Origin: Octopus vulgaris
Taxonomy: Eukaryota
NCBI GenBank assembly: GCA_951406725.2
Contig: OX597823.1
Location: 1,736,001 to 1,800,000, forward strand
Direction: 5' to 3'
DNA length: 64,000 bases
The notes below the pieces were generated by a model. The model saw only the letters and a list, made by a program, of their open reading frames with translations, was not told where the DNA came from and made no database searches. Positions 1-12,772 of the stretch are shown piece after piece (the first letter of the stretch is position 1; every line of letters begins with the position of its first letter). Both the position numbers and the translations under genes were made by a program.

Positions 1-118
1 TGGTTTCATTTTATATACACGACATGTTGGGCTACTGCCGTTCTTTAATATGTTGGCCTGGTAGCTCTTTATAGATAGGCATCGATCTTCGGCTGCTATG
101 ATAAACCCTTCTTTTTCT
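1..118 (-). mobile_element. Fragment of R4/Dong-type retrotransposon family C (region around the start of the CCHC knuckle)
   Basis: Minus strand reads EGFIIAAEDRCLSIKSYQANILKNGSSPTCRVY, homologous to 55120-55260. Confidence 0.75.
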
Positions 119-139
119 GAAGGGTTTATCATAGATGTA

Positions 140-3100
140 CTAACGCTGGAGATGTACTACAGTGTCAGCTGTTCGCTACCAGTGAACTAAGGTAACACCT
201 CTTATTTTGCGAGCACCTTCCGGAGTATTCGAGCGGTTCCAAGCAGTGCTGTTTTCTGCAAGTGTTCCACCCTTATTGCAGTCCCTATTTGTTCCACGTA
301 CTTCTCGAGATTTTTGCTCACTGTACCCAGGGCTCCAACAATTATTGGTACTACTGCTACCTTTCTCATCGACCACAACTGCTTAACTTCCCAAGCTAAC
401 CTGTCATATCTCTCGACTTTTCTTTCTTCCTTAACGCATACCTTGTTGTCAGCTGGGCATGCAATATCTATGATAGTTTGTTTTCTTTCTTAATTAAGAC
501 TATGTCTGGCTTCCTATTCTCTATCTCATGGTCACACTGAATCATAAAATCCCATAGGATCTCTACATTTCTATTTTCTAGGATGCCTTCAGGTTAGTGG
601 TCGTACGAATTTTTTGCTCTTTCAAGTCCATACTTGTTGCAGAGTGTCCAATGGACAAGCCTGGCTATATTGTCGTGGTGTCTCTTATATTCCTTCTGGG
701 TTTGTGGCGTACATTGGCTGCTAATATGCCATACGGTTTCACTGTTTTGGCCACAGATTCTACACTTATCACTTTCTGCTGTGTTGTCTATTCTGTATTT
801 GATGTAATTTGTTCTTAGTGCTTGCTTTGGGGCAGCACAGATTAGAGCCTCCGTTTCCGGTTTTAAATCCATTTTAGTCATCCACAACCATCTTTTTTCT
901 CTGTCTGTCTTATCTTCAACATCCCTATGAAATTGACCATGCATTCTTTTCTTTACCCACCTATTTTCAGTTTCATTCGTTTTCAATTTCTTGTACAGTA
1001 CTTTATCTTTGCTATCTTTCATCCTACCCAAGCCTGACCTTCCTACTTCTAATAATAGCGGTTCTGTGGCATTTTTTAAATACCATGCTATGTTGTCTTC
1101 TTCTGCTCTAATGCTGTGTTCGCATCCAATAAGTCCTCTTCCCCCTCTTTTTCTTGGTACATATAGTCTCTCTGTGTCACTTTTTGGGTGGAGTGACCCA
1201 TATCTAGTTAGCAACTTCCTTATCTTTCTGTCTAAGCTGTTTAGTTCGTCTACTGTCCATGCGATTATCCCTGCTCCATATCTAAGGAGTGAAACCGCCC
1301 AGGTATTGATAGCTTCGATCTTATTCCATCCGTTTAATTTCGACTTAAGGATCAATCTCAGTCTGCGTAAGTACACCTCCTTAAATTTTCTGTCATTTCT
1401 TTCTCCATTAATTTATCCATTTTCAAAACCCCCAAGTACTTCTAAGCCGATCACTTCTATTTGCTTCATAACCTCCATCGACGGTATCGATAGCCCGTCC
1501 ATACATTTGATTTTACCTCTCTTCAAGACTAATACACCACACTTTCTCAGTCCAAACTCCATTCTGATATCAGCACTGAAGGTATACACCGTATCAACGA
1601 GGGAACTGACTTGGGCTTCATCTTTACCATAAAGTCTGAGGTCATCCATGAATAACAAATGGTTGACTTTTTCTTGGCGGCTTTTGAATACATACCCAGC
1701 TTTTGCTTTCCTCAGAATCAGTGTTAGTGGTATCAAGCACAGTACAAAGATCAGTGGGGACAGGCAGTCCCCTTGGAAGATGCCCCTCCTGATTTCTACT
1801 GTCCCTAAACTTCTTCCGTATGCTGTCAGGTCCGTCCTCCAATTCGCCATACTTTTTCCAAGCAATCGCTCAACATTCGATGCAATACCAAATAGGTTCA
1901 TACATTCCATAATCCATGAATGTGGGATCATATCGTACACCTTACGATCGTCGATCCATGACATGGCTAAGTTACTTTTCCTCCTCTTGCAGTCTCTAAG
2001 TACAGTTTTGTCTACCAGGAGATGATCCTTGGTACCTCTGCACTTACGCTTGCAACCCTTCCACTCACGTAGCAGGACTCCACTTTTTTCCTAGATGTCC
2101 GTACATTGACTCTGCGACTATTCCAATCAATAACTTCCACGTAAGTGGCAAACAGGATATCGGCCTGTAATTGTGGTATAAGTTAATTTTCCTCCTCTTG
2201 CGGTCTCTAAGTACAGTTTTGTCTACCAGGAGTTGATCCTTGGTACCTCTGCACTTACGCTTGCAACCCTTCTGCTCATGTGATGACATCTCTATTTTTT
2301 GCCAGATGTCCGTACATTGACTCTGCGACTATTCCAACCAACAATTTCCACGTAAGTGGCAAACAGGATATCGGCCTGTAATTGTTTACCGTATTGTCTT
2401 TTCCGATGTTTTTCAAGCACAGTACTGTCCTACCCAATGTCCCACCCACTCTGGTGTTGCTTGGTCGGCATTTAACAAGGTGTTGAGTTGCGCAGTTATT
2501 CATGTATGACATTCACCAAATCTTTTGATCCAGTAGCCTTGAACGTATTTTGGTCCCGGGGGCCTTCCAGTTGCTCTAGTCCAGTTGAAATGACTAGTTC
2601 TGTCTGTTTTAGACAGTTTTGGAACAGTTTTGAAACTGTTTGTTTCAGTTCTTTCAACCATTCAGCATCCTTCTTGTGCTCCTTGTCTTTGCTCCAGATG
2701 TCATTCCAAAACCTTTGACTTTCAATGTTATCTAGCATCAACTTTTCATCTGTACATCCTCCATTTATTTCTTTATAGGATCTCTTCTGATCTACTCTGA
2801 ATAACCTATTCTGGTGGTAACCCTTCACACTTTTGTCGTATTTTACCATCTTTGCTTTCTTTGCAACGAGGCGCTGTTTCAGTTCCTTCACTACTACTTT
2901 CAGGCCCTTTCTTTCAATATTATACTTCCTTTTCAGCGCCCTGTATTTTTGTTCGCTTTTAAGTTCCCCCTTCTCATTTCGGTCTGACACAGAAATTTCC
3001 TTCATGAACATATCTAACCCCACTCATGTTCTTCTTTTCCACCATAGATCTTTTCTTTTGTCACTCCCATTATGCTTCTTTTTCTTGACATCAACACCAC

Positions 3101-3845
3101 ATTTTCTGCTACAACAATACTTGCTGCTTTGATCAAATTATTTGTTTCTGTGATGTTGTTTGTTCTGATGTATTTCAGAATTTCATTGATATTTTTCGTT
3201 TCTTGGTTCAATTTCCATCGATCAACCTGTTTAAGGTTGTAAATAGTGTCGCTATATCATTCTTCTGTAGTCTTACCTTTATTCTGTCGTAGATTTGTTC
3301 ATCTGTAATGTCACCATTAGTTTTATTGTCTTCTTTTAGATCATCAATATGTCTCTCATCAAGTAAACTACCGCTGCTCCTTTCCTCTGCTATGGGATTA
3401 CTCTTATTAGTAAGAACTGTATTTTCATTGTTATCTCTGCTGCTATTTTCCATGACCAGCCTTTTGATTGCTTCGAGCTCTACTTCTGAGAACCAACAAC
3501 TTTTTCTTATTGCTCTAGCTTGATCACATAGTCTCTGTTCCGTGAGTTGAAACAATCCCTTTTTTTTTCCAATGATCATGCATACGTTGTCGGTAACCCC
3601 TAATTTGAGCGCCATTTTCATCTAATCGGTTGCTCAGGTTGCTCATATTAATGACCACAGCATTAATTTGTCTGCTCCATCAACGCCGTGTGTGGTGGTC
3701 CCTTTCTGGATATCGACAGGCTGGAGCCGGACCAGAATCTCTGAGCCTACCGGGTGTAACACTGTCACCATCATTGGCTTCAGTTTCGTTACCACCGTTA
3801 TTCACAATATTTTGTTTTTTCATTGTCACTGATATGAGGTAGCGA
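140..3845 (-). mobile_element. Near full-length decayed R4/Dong-clade non-LTR retrotransposon (RT + CCHC + RLE), family A
   Basis: Fragmented ORFs with [37 protein letters not shown]...HISSQC and PDIVL. The 3' end matches the copy ending at 44820. Many stops and frameshifts. Confidence 0.92.
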
Positions 3846-3974
3846 TTGGTGGTGGTGGTGGTGGTGGTGGTGGTGGTGGTGGTGGTGGTAGGTTGGGAAA
3901 CAATTGAAATGAATAGGTTTTCCATTTTTTATAAATACAGAACCGTATATTCGAAATACATTTCATGTATTCAC

Positions 3975-4617
3975 ACATACACATATACACATACATCCAT
4001 CCATACATACATACATACACACACGCATACATACATACATGCATACATACATACACACACGCATACATACATACATACATACATGCATACATGCACCCAT
4101 CCATAAATACATGCATACATACATACACCTATACATACATACATACATACATGCACCCATACATACATACATGCATACATACATACACCTATACATACAT
4201 ACATGCACCCATACATACATACATACATACACCTATACATACATACATACATGCACCCATACATACATACACACATACATACATACATACATACATACAT
4301 GCACCCATACATACATACATGCATACATACATACACCTATACATACATACATGCACCCATACATACATACATACACCTATACATACATACATACATGCAC
4401 CCATACATACATACATACATACATACATACATGCACCCATACATACATACACACACATACATACATACATGCACCCATACATACATACATACATACATAC
4501 ATACATGCACCCATACATACATACATACATACATACATACATGCACCCATACATACATACATACATGCATACATAGATACATACACGCATACATACATAC
4601 ATACATTCATACATACA

Positions 4618-4651
<34 letters not shown>

Positions 4652-4740
4652 CACCTATACATGCATACATACATACATGCACCCATACATACATACACAC
4701 ACACACATTCATACATACATATATACATACACGCATACAT
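3975..4740. repeat. Compound (CATA)n microsatellite with recurrent ATGCACCC and ACACCTAT interruptions
   Basis: Seen directly; it is the source of the HTYI/MYVC pseudo-ORFs. Confidence 0.95.
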
Positions 4741-6043
4741 TATATAATTTCCCTCTCTCATACAAAACCCTATTGATTTGTTGTTTTGGCCTATTTTCCT
4801 TAAATTGTTGCTTTTGGTTATCGGATATTGTTGTTGTTGTTGTTGTTGCTGTTGTTATATTTCGGGGTGCGAAGAATCACATCGTATCGCTGTTGGTGTG
4901 GGTGTTGGATGTCTTCTTGCGGCAGCAATTGGCGAGTTCACGAAGGTAAGAAAAAAAAATGTTCAAACACTGACGTCAAGACGAACCGATACGATCTTCC
5001 ATCAAGCCTTCCTCTTTTCCTTTCCTATTCTCATATATTTATATATTTTATCGTCAAATATTAAAGGAGGGCGGTTTAAAGATTTTTGACACGTTTGCTT
5101 CATGTTTACAGCGAATCTAGAATGTAAGTTCTACTTTCCAAAAGATAGATGTTCAATTTATTGGAGAATATTGTATATGGCCGTGTGTGAGGTGTGTGTG
5201 TGCGCAGATATTGAGTGTTTACGCAGACGCGGTCTGATTGGATCCAAATGTGCATACATAGGAATAACAGTCGCCCTTCGACGCACAGACACACTCAGCA
5301 ACAGGCGCACAGCAATGGCGCTTTACATAATTATAAAATCTTACACATGCATATCAATATCCAGATCTATTAGTCTATATTTATCTATCTACGTTTTGTG
5401 CCCGCGCTCACACACAACACTTTTATACAGAAGATAAACATACATACATACGTATGTACATACATACATACATACACAAACACAGACATACACATGTACA
5501 TACATACATACATACATTCATACATACATACATGCACCTATACATATATACATATATTTATATATACATATATACATATAAGCATAGAAACCATAGAGAA
5601 GAGACGTAATGAAATTTTATTTACTTGATCGAAGTTATGCCTTTATTCCATCCCCCTTTCAAGCGTTATATAGATAGATAAAAAAAAAAGAGAGAGAGAG
5701 AGAGAAATAAAGAGACAGACAGACAGACAGACAGAGCGGGGGGGGCACTAGCGCTAACCCGCTATCTGAAAAATAGCATATTAGCAGTCACTTAGAGTCT
5801 AACAGATAGAGATTATTTACTCTCTCTTTCTCTTTCTTTCTTTCCCTCCCTCTCCTTCTATCTCTCTCACGCTATTTATTTCCCTCCCTCTCTCTCTCTC
5901 TCTCGTCATTTGTACTTTCCAAAGTACAAGTAAGACGCTCTAATACTGCATGGCCTCAATGTTGTAACACACCAACTCAGACCGTAAAGAGACAGAAATT
6001 GTGCCGTAAAGCAGTATTAGCAAGCTGCTGAGTCTCTTTCGGC

Positions 6044-6203
6044 GGGCCGCATTGCTCACATACATGCTGCTATAGGGGCCGCATTGCTCACATACATGCT
6101 GCCATGCGGGCCGCATTGCTCACATACTTGCTGCTTTGGAGGCCGCACTGCTCACATACATGCTGCCAAGGGGGCCGCGCTGTCCATATACATGCTGCTA
6201 TGG
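6044..6203. repeat. 32-bp minisatellite, 5 copies (GGGCCGCATTGCTCACATACATGCTGCTATAG)
   Basis: Five adjacent imperfect units. Confidence 0.9.
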
Positions 6204-6204
6204 G

Positions 6205-6723
6205 GACCCGTAAAATACCTGCCAAAAGGTCGCACCATCAACGCTGAATACTGCATGTCGCTGTTGGATGAACTGCGCCAAGGTTTGAAGCAGAAACACT
6301 GTGGGAAGCTGGGGGGTGGTGTCCTGTTTTTGCAGGGCAATGCACCAGCACACACAACACCTGAAACTCTACGGAAAACACACAACTGTGGCTTCGAATT
6401 GGTAAACCTTACTCTCCTTACTCTCCTGACTTGGCCCCCTCCCACTATCCTCTCTTTCCACAGCTGAAGAAACATCTCAGGGGAACGAAATTTCACTCCG
6501 ATTCGGAAGTGATCGCTGCTACTGGGGCCTTGTTGAAGGCCCAACCTTCCGAATTCTTTTTACAGGGTTTAGGAAAACTAAGGGCCGTGTAAGTCTGAGA
6601 GGGGAATATGCTGAATAAACTCACAATCAACGGGTCCTCCTCCTCTATTTCCTTCTTTTACCCAAAGCCAGCATCTTTTCAACGTCCCCCCACCACCACC
6701 ACCACCACCACCACCACCTCGTA
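6205..6723 (+). mobile_element. Mariner transposase C-terminal relic with right TIR
   Basis: YLPKGRTINAEYC, LFLQGNAPAH and SPDLAPSHY..F..LK across a frameshift. The terminal CTTTTCAACGTCCC...CTCGTA is interrupted by (CCA)n. Confidence 0.85.
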
Positions 6724-6789
6724 TGTTACAAGAGCACCAGGCTGGGAAATCATATTAACAATTTTAATGTTGTCTTCATTATCATAAAC

Positions 6790-6982
<193 letters not shown>

Positions 6983-7097
6983 TTTTCTTTGTAATTGTAA
7001 CTCGAAAGTAACTAAATTTTATATTTTATAATTTAAAATTGTAATTCAAGATAATTGATATTTAGCATTTCCGATTAATGTGGTGAAACTATAACAT

Positions 7098-7145
<48 letters not shown>

Positions 7146-7542
7146 ACACACACACACACCTACATTCATACTCACACACCTTCACGCAGATTCATAGACA
7201 TCGTTAAATTAAAACGTAAAGATGGCTTTCCGTCGCTTTCGACGATGTCTCTTCTGTTTGTTGGGGGCTCGATTCTGTTTGTTCGATCGATTGAATGTCC
7301 TACTCATTACGATATAGCGTTAGTGGCTGAATATTCCACAGAGATTTTTCCCTTCGGATCAAGTTTGCATAGAAGAGATTTTGCAAGCCTGAATATCCAA
7401 TATAATTACAAAAGACAAATAAAGTTCGGTATTTCACCAGAAATGATATCTTTTACGGATTTACTCGGTTCAAAAATGAAAATCTATCATTCACACACAA
7501 AATCGTCCAGGATTTTAATCTAATCTATTTTAATGTAAAGGT

Positions 7543-7736
7543 GCAGGCGTGATTGTGTGGTAAGAAACTTGCTTCCCAACCACGTAGTTCCGAGTTCAGT
7601 CCCACAGCGTGGCACCTTGGGCAAGTGTTTCCTTCTACAGACTCGGGCAAACAACCTTGTGAGAGGATTTGTCATGTGGAAACTGAAAGAATCCCGTCGT
7701 ATATATGTATGTATTTGTGTGTTGATGTGTGTGTGT

Positions 7737-7778
<42 letters not shown>

Positions 7779-7990
7779 CTTTGTCTCTATATGTGTGTGT
7801 GATTTTGTGCTTCTGTTTGTCCCCTGCCCATTGCTTGACAACCGATCTTGTGACGTTTGAGTCCCCATAACTTGGCTGTTCTGCCAAAGAAGTAGACCGT
7901 CCATTCACCTAAAGACTTCTTGAAGGTGATGCTCCAGCATGGCTGCAGTCTGATGACTGACACAAGTAAAATTTTAAAAAGAGGATAAAA
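7543..7990 (+). mobile_element. tRNA-derived SINE (octopus-type family 1) with internal (GT)n
   Basis: A-box-like TGTGTGGTAAG and B-box-like GAGTTCAGTCCC. Body and GCTCCAGCATGGC tail are shared with 9640-10030 and 58345-58727. Confidence 0.8.
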
Positions 7991-8393
7991 CAAAATTGCT
8001 TCTGTTGCATAAGACGGATTTAGATTCAGCGCGCCGGTTGACTGCAACCCCATTGATTGTTCAATCGCTGAGTCCCTATATCAGTAACGAAGGTTTTTTT
8101 TTTAAAATCTTGGCCTGCGCTCGAAAAGCTTTACATGTTACTGACAAAACACAAGGACGAAGAAATGCTCACTTAGTATTCTCCTCGCCGTTGATGGACG
8201 ATTTCCCTCTGCTACCGAAATATTTTGTGTTTTCAAATATTGTAAGTTCATAAGATATATTATCTCTGCAGGAGTATCACATTTAACTTTCCTTTTGTGA
8301 TGTATTTGCTTTAAGTATGATACACAGGTGGCTATTTTAACCTAACACTGCTAAGGCTGCACACTGAGAATATATATATACATATATACTCTC

Positions 8394-8492
<99 letters not shown>

Positions 8493-9639
8493 ATATTTTG
8501 GGTCATTCAGTAATGAGGAAAAACCAGCTGCGAATAGTCCATGTATTGTGTCTTTGCCTAAATTTCCCGTCCGTTAAAATTTTGTCTAGTTTTCCGTTTG
8601 CTCTACTTTCGTTTAACTTTTTCTCCTTGTGTTCTTTCTGTTCAACCCTTCATACATACACACAGACAATACACACACATAAAAACATACATACATGTTT
8701 GTGCGTGCGTGTGTGTGTGTGTAAATCAAAAGTCGGTTTATGGAATGTTTGATTACGTAATGTTACGCGTGTTTCAGTGCAGACAATCGCCGATTTACGC
8801 AATTCAGCTCAGGCAGGTTTCCTACTCTTTGTCAGAGACTTGTTCTATGAATACTGCTTCGCTTTTATAATTATGGAGACAAATGGAAGGAAACGTTGTC
8901 TATAACACATCATTCTTTTCTTTCGACTTATAAGGAACCACACACAGTGCAAAATACCAGCTATATTTTATGCAATTTAAATTAAAATCACACTATACAC
9001 ACACACACACACACACACACACAGATGTTTGTAATGTATGTACACGCATGTCTGAATCAATTGATATTTCCAGGTGACAATAGCAATGGAAAGAAAACAA
9101 AACACCTCTTTTATTTCTTTTGTTTTTAAGTGATAAAATAAGTTTTAATTTGAATTAAATGATCCAAACAAAATCAATAATTTCATTTTTCGATAAAAAC
9201 ATTGTTGTCACAGTAAATATTGTTATTTACCATGTTCTGTATTCTCATGTCGTTTTTTTGCAGTGAATATTTAGATTTTAAAAGAAACACACCTTCAATA
9301 TGCATTTATTTATTTCTCTATTTTAAACTTTCCATTTCAAATATCGATCTATCGTTTTAGACTAAAACAAAAGAAAGTTAGAAACATTTGGTGGTGTGTG
9401 GCAGAGTAGACATGAAAAATGCTCAAAACAGTCAAATGCATGCGTAGAGAATCGCTAAAAATCCTTGAAAGACGAAAATATTACTTTTAAAAAGAATCAA
9501 AACAACAATTCTATAAGGCTTTCGATGTCTTTATTCTGGCGGAGGCGGGTGTGTTGGTGCGATAATGCTTCACTGATAATGTGTCGGCATTGTGGAATAT
9601 TGGTTCTCCCGGTTATTTGGAAATGATTTCATAGACAAA

Positions 9640-10030
9640 GACGTGGTTGTATGGTAAGTGTTTGGTCCTCAACCACATGGATCCGGGTTCAGTTCCATTG
9701 CTTGGCATCTTGGGCTTCTACTATAGCTTCAGATTGACCAAAATATTGTGAGGGAATTTAGTAGCCGGAAACTGAAAGAAGCCCATCATACATGTGTGGG
9801 AGTGAGTGAGTTAGTGTCTTTGTCTATGTGTTTGACTCCCATCGCCTCATGACAATCGGCATTGGAGTGTTTACGTCCCTTAATTTAGCGGTTCGGCAAA
9901 AACGACTGACAGAATAAGTTCTAGGCTTTAGAAAATAAGATCTGTGGTTGATTTTTGATAGATTAGAATTCCTCAAGGCGGTGCCCCAGCACGGCCACAG
10001 TCCAATGGCTAAAACGAGTATCAGATAAAA
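9640..10030 (+). mobile_element. tRNA-derived SINE family 1
   Basis: Homologous head, GTTTACGTCCC..AACTTAGCGGTTCGGCAAA-type core and CCAGCACGGCCACAGTC tail. Confidence 0.8.
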
Positions 10031-10824
10031 GATCTCTTGCAATTGTTTAAGGCTGTAACTTAGCAAAGTGGTTAGGATGTTGAGCAGAATACGATGTGGA
10101 ATTCGTTCGGTTTTCTGAGTTCAAGTCTTCCCAACGTCAACTTTTGTTTCTTTTCTTTTATTCTTTGAGAGTAGATAAAAGATCTGCCAATCCAAGGCAG
10201 TGACATGAAGCAACTGTTCTCGCTAACTGCCCAACTTCCTTGCGTTCTAACAGCAACGCCTGCTACAACACTGCCACCTCACTCACCAACCTTCTCCTCC
10301 TGTCGTCTGCATATGAAGGCTCAAGTTGTCTTGCCTTCAGCATCGGTTGTAACCAGTTGTTCTTAATATAAAGAAAGTTAAACTCTGCTGTCTTTCTTTC
10401 TTTTTTCATTTGCCTCCTGCTAACTTTTCTCTGAAGAAGAATTTTATATAAATGTGTGTGTGTGTGCGTGTGTGTGTGTTTATAAATAAACTCACGGAGA
10501 TTGATATCGCGCGGTTTCTGTGCTAGGGATGGCTCTTTTGAATATTTTTCTCTTTTTCTTTTTTCTTTTTTCTTCTTCTTGTTTTTGCTGCCTTGGTCTT
10601 TCTTTTTCAATTCTTTGAAGAAGAATTTTATCCGAAATTTTAGGACCATCAACTTTTTTCCTTTCCTTCCAGCGTCAAGCTAATAACACTCTGCGTTCGT
10701 TCTTGAAAGAAAAATAGGCCGTATGTGTAGGGAGAATTTATTGATACGATTTCGAATCTCAGGTAGGAGCAAGCGAGGTCTGTACAGAACTTATCAGTAA
10801 CTTAAATTCCGGATATACGAAATG

Positions 10825-10925
10825 TAACGTCAGGCAGTTGCTGGCGGAGACGATGAGGCGTCCAGGATTGTTGAGCTTGTGGATTTGGGGAAGGAAGTAA
10901 ATAGTGGGGGTGCGTGGGGAGCGGT
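10825..10925 (-). mobile_element. Penelope-like element RT fragment
   Basis: Minus strand reads SPRTPTIYFLPQIHKLNNPGRLIVSASNCLT, matching the PLE RT signature YxLPKIHKxxxPGRPIVS. Confidence 0.75.
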
Positions 10926-11089
10926 TTTAGTTCCAGCTAAATCACCTGTTACAGGTAAAAATTCAACAACGTCTTGTCTGCTGTTAACAATCAGATAAAA
11001 CCAGATTTAATAAATGAGCAATATTTAGTGAGACAGGAAATATTAACTGGATGGAGAAAATAAATATATTAAGAGAGAGAACGGGCAGA

Positions 11090-12581
11090 CAGAAAGAGAG
11101 GAAAAAAGAAAGGAAGAAAGAAAGAAAGAATGAAAGAAAGAAGGAAAGAATGAAAGAAAGAAAGAATGAAAGAAAGAAAGATAGAAAGAAAGAACGAACG
11201 AAAGAAAGAACGAAAGAAAGAATCAGAGAAAGAAAGAAAGAATGAAAGAATGAAAGAAAGAACAAAAGAAAAAAAGAAAGAAAGAAAGAAAGAAAGAATC
11301 AAAGACGGAAGAAAGAATCAAAGAAAGACAAAATGAGAGAACGAAAGAAAGAATGAAAGAAAGAAAGAAGAAAAGAAACAAACAAACAAACAAAGAGTGA
11401 AAGAAAGAAAGAACAAAAGAAAGAATGAAAGAACGAAAGAAAGAATGAAAGAAAGAAAGAAAGAAAGAAAGAATGAATGAAAGACAGAAAGAAAGATAGA
11501 AAGAAAGAAAGAAAGAATGAAAGGACGAAAGTAAGAATAAAAGAAAGAAAGAAAGATAGAAAGAAAGAAAGAAAGAAAGAAAGAAGCAAAGAAAGAAAGA
11601 AGAAAAGAACGAGAGAAAGAATGAATGATGGAAAGAAAGAAGAAAAGAACGAGAGAAAAAATGAATGATGGAAAGAAAGAAGAAAAGAACGAGAGAAAGA
11701 ATGAAAGAACGAAAGAAAGAAAGAAAGTAACAACGAAAGAAAGAAAGAATGAAAGAAAGTAACAACGAAAGAAAGAATGAAAGAATGAAAGAAAGAAAGA
11801 AAGAAAGAAAGTAAGAAAGAAAATACGAAAGAAAGAAAGAAACAAAGAAAATAAGAAAGAATGAAAGTAAGAATGAAAGAAAGAAAGAAAGTATGAAAGA
11901 AAGAATGAAAGAACGAAAGAAAGAATGAAAGAGAGAAAAAATGAAAGAGAGAAAGAATGAAAGTATGAAAGAAAGAATGAAAGAACGAAAGAAAGAAAGA
12001 AAGAAAGAAAGAAAAGAACAAGAAAAAGTAAGAAAGAAAGAAAGAAAGAAAGAAGAAAAGAACGAGAGAAAGAATGAAAGAGAGAAAGAAAGAAAGAACG
12101 CAAGAACAAAAGAAAGAATGAAAGAGTGAATGAAAGAAAGAGTGAAAGAAAGAAAGAACAAAAGGAAAGAATGAAAGAATGAAAGAACGAAAGAGAGAAT
12201 GAAAGAAAGAAAGAATGAATGAATGAATGAAAGAAAGACAAAAGAAAAAAGTAAAGAACGAGAGAAAGAAAGAAAGAAAGAAAGAAAGTAACAACGAAAG
12301 AAAGAATGAACGAAAGAAAGTAACAACGAAAGAAAGAATGAAAGAATGAAAGAAAGAATGAAAGAAAGAAAGAAAGTTTGAAAGAAAGAATGAAAGAACG
12401 AAAGAAAGAATGAAAGAGAGAAAGTATGGAAGAAAGAATGAAAGAAAGAAAGAAAGAAAGAAAGAAAAAACGAAAGAACAAAAGAAAGTATGAAAGAAAG
12501 AATGAAAGAACGAAAGAAAGACTGAAAGAAAGAAAGAAAGAAAGAAAAAACGAAAGAGAAAAAGAAAGAAAGAATGAATGA

Positions 12582-12616
<35 letters not shown>

Positions 12617-12741
12617 TATGAAAGAAAGAATGAAAGAACAAAAGAAAGTATGAAAGAAAGAATGAAAGAACGAAAGAAAGAATAAAAGAAAGAATGAAAG
12701 AAAGAAAAAACGAAAGAGAAAAAGAAAGAAAGAATGAATGA

Positions 12742-12772
<31 letters not shown>

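Noticed and set aside
3826-4949. HTYI/MYVC-repeat ORFs, and similar YI/CV/poly-I ORFs throughout the window
   Set aside because: Microsatellite translations.
6044-6203. 32-bp repeats resembling a CRISPR array in length
   Set aside because: The units are contiguous with no spacers, the context is eukaryotic and there are no cas genes.
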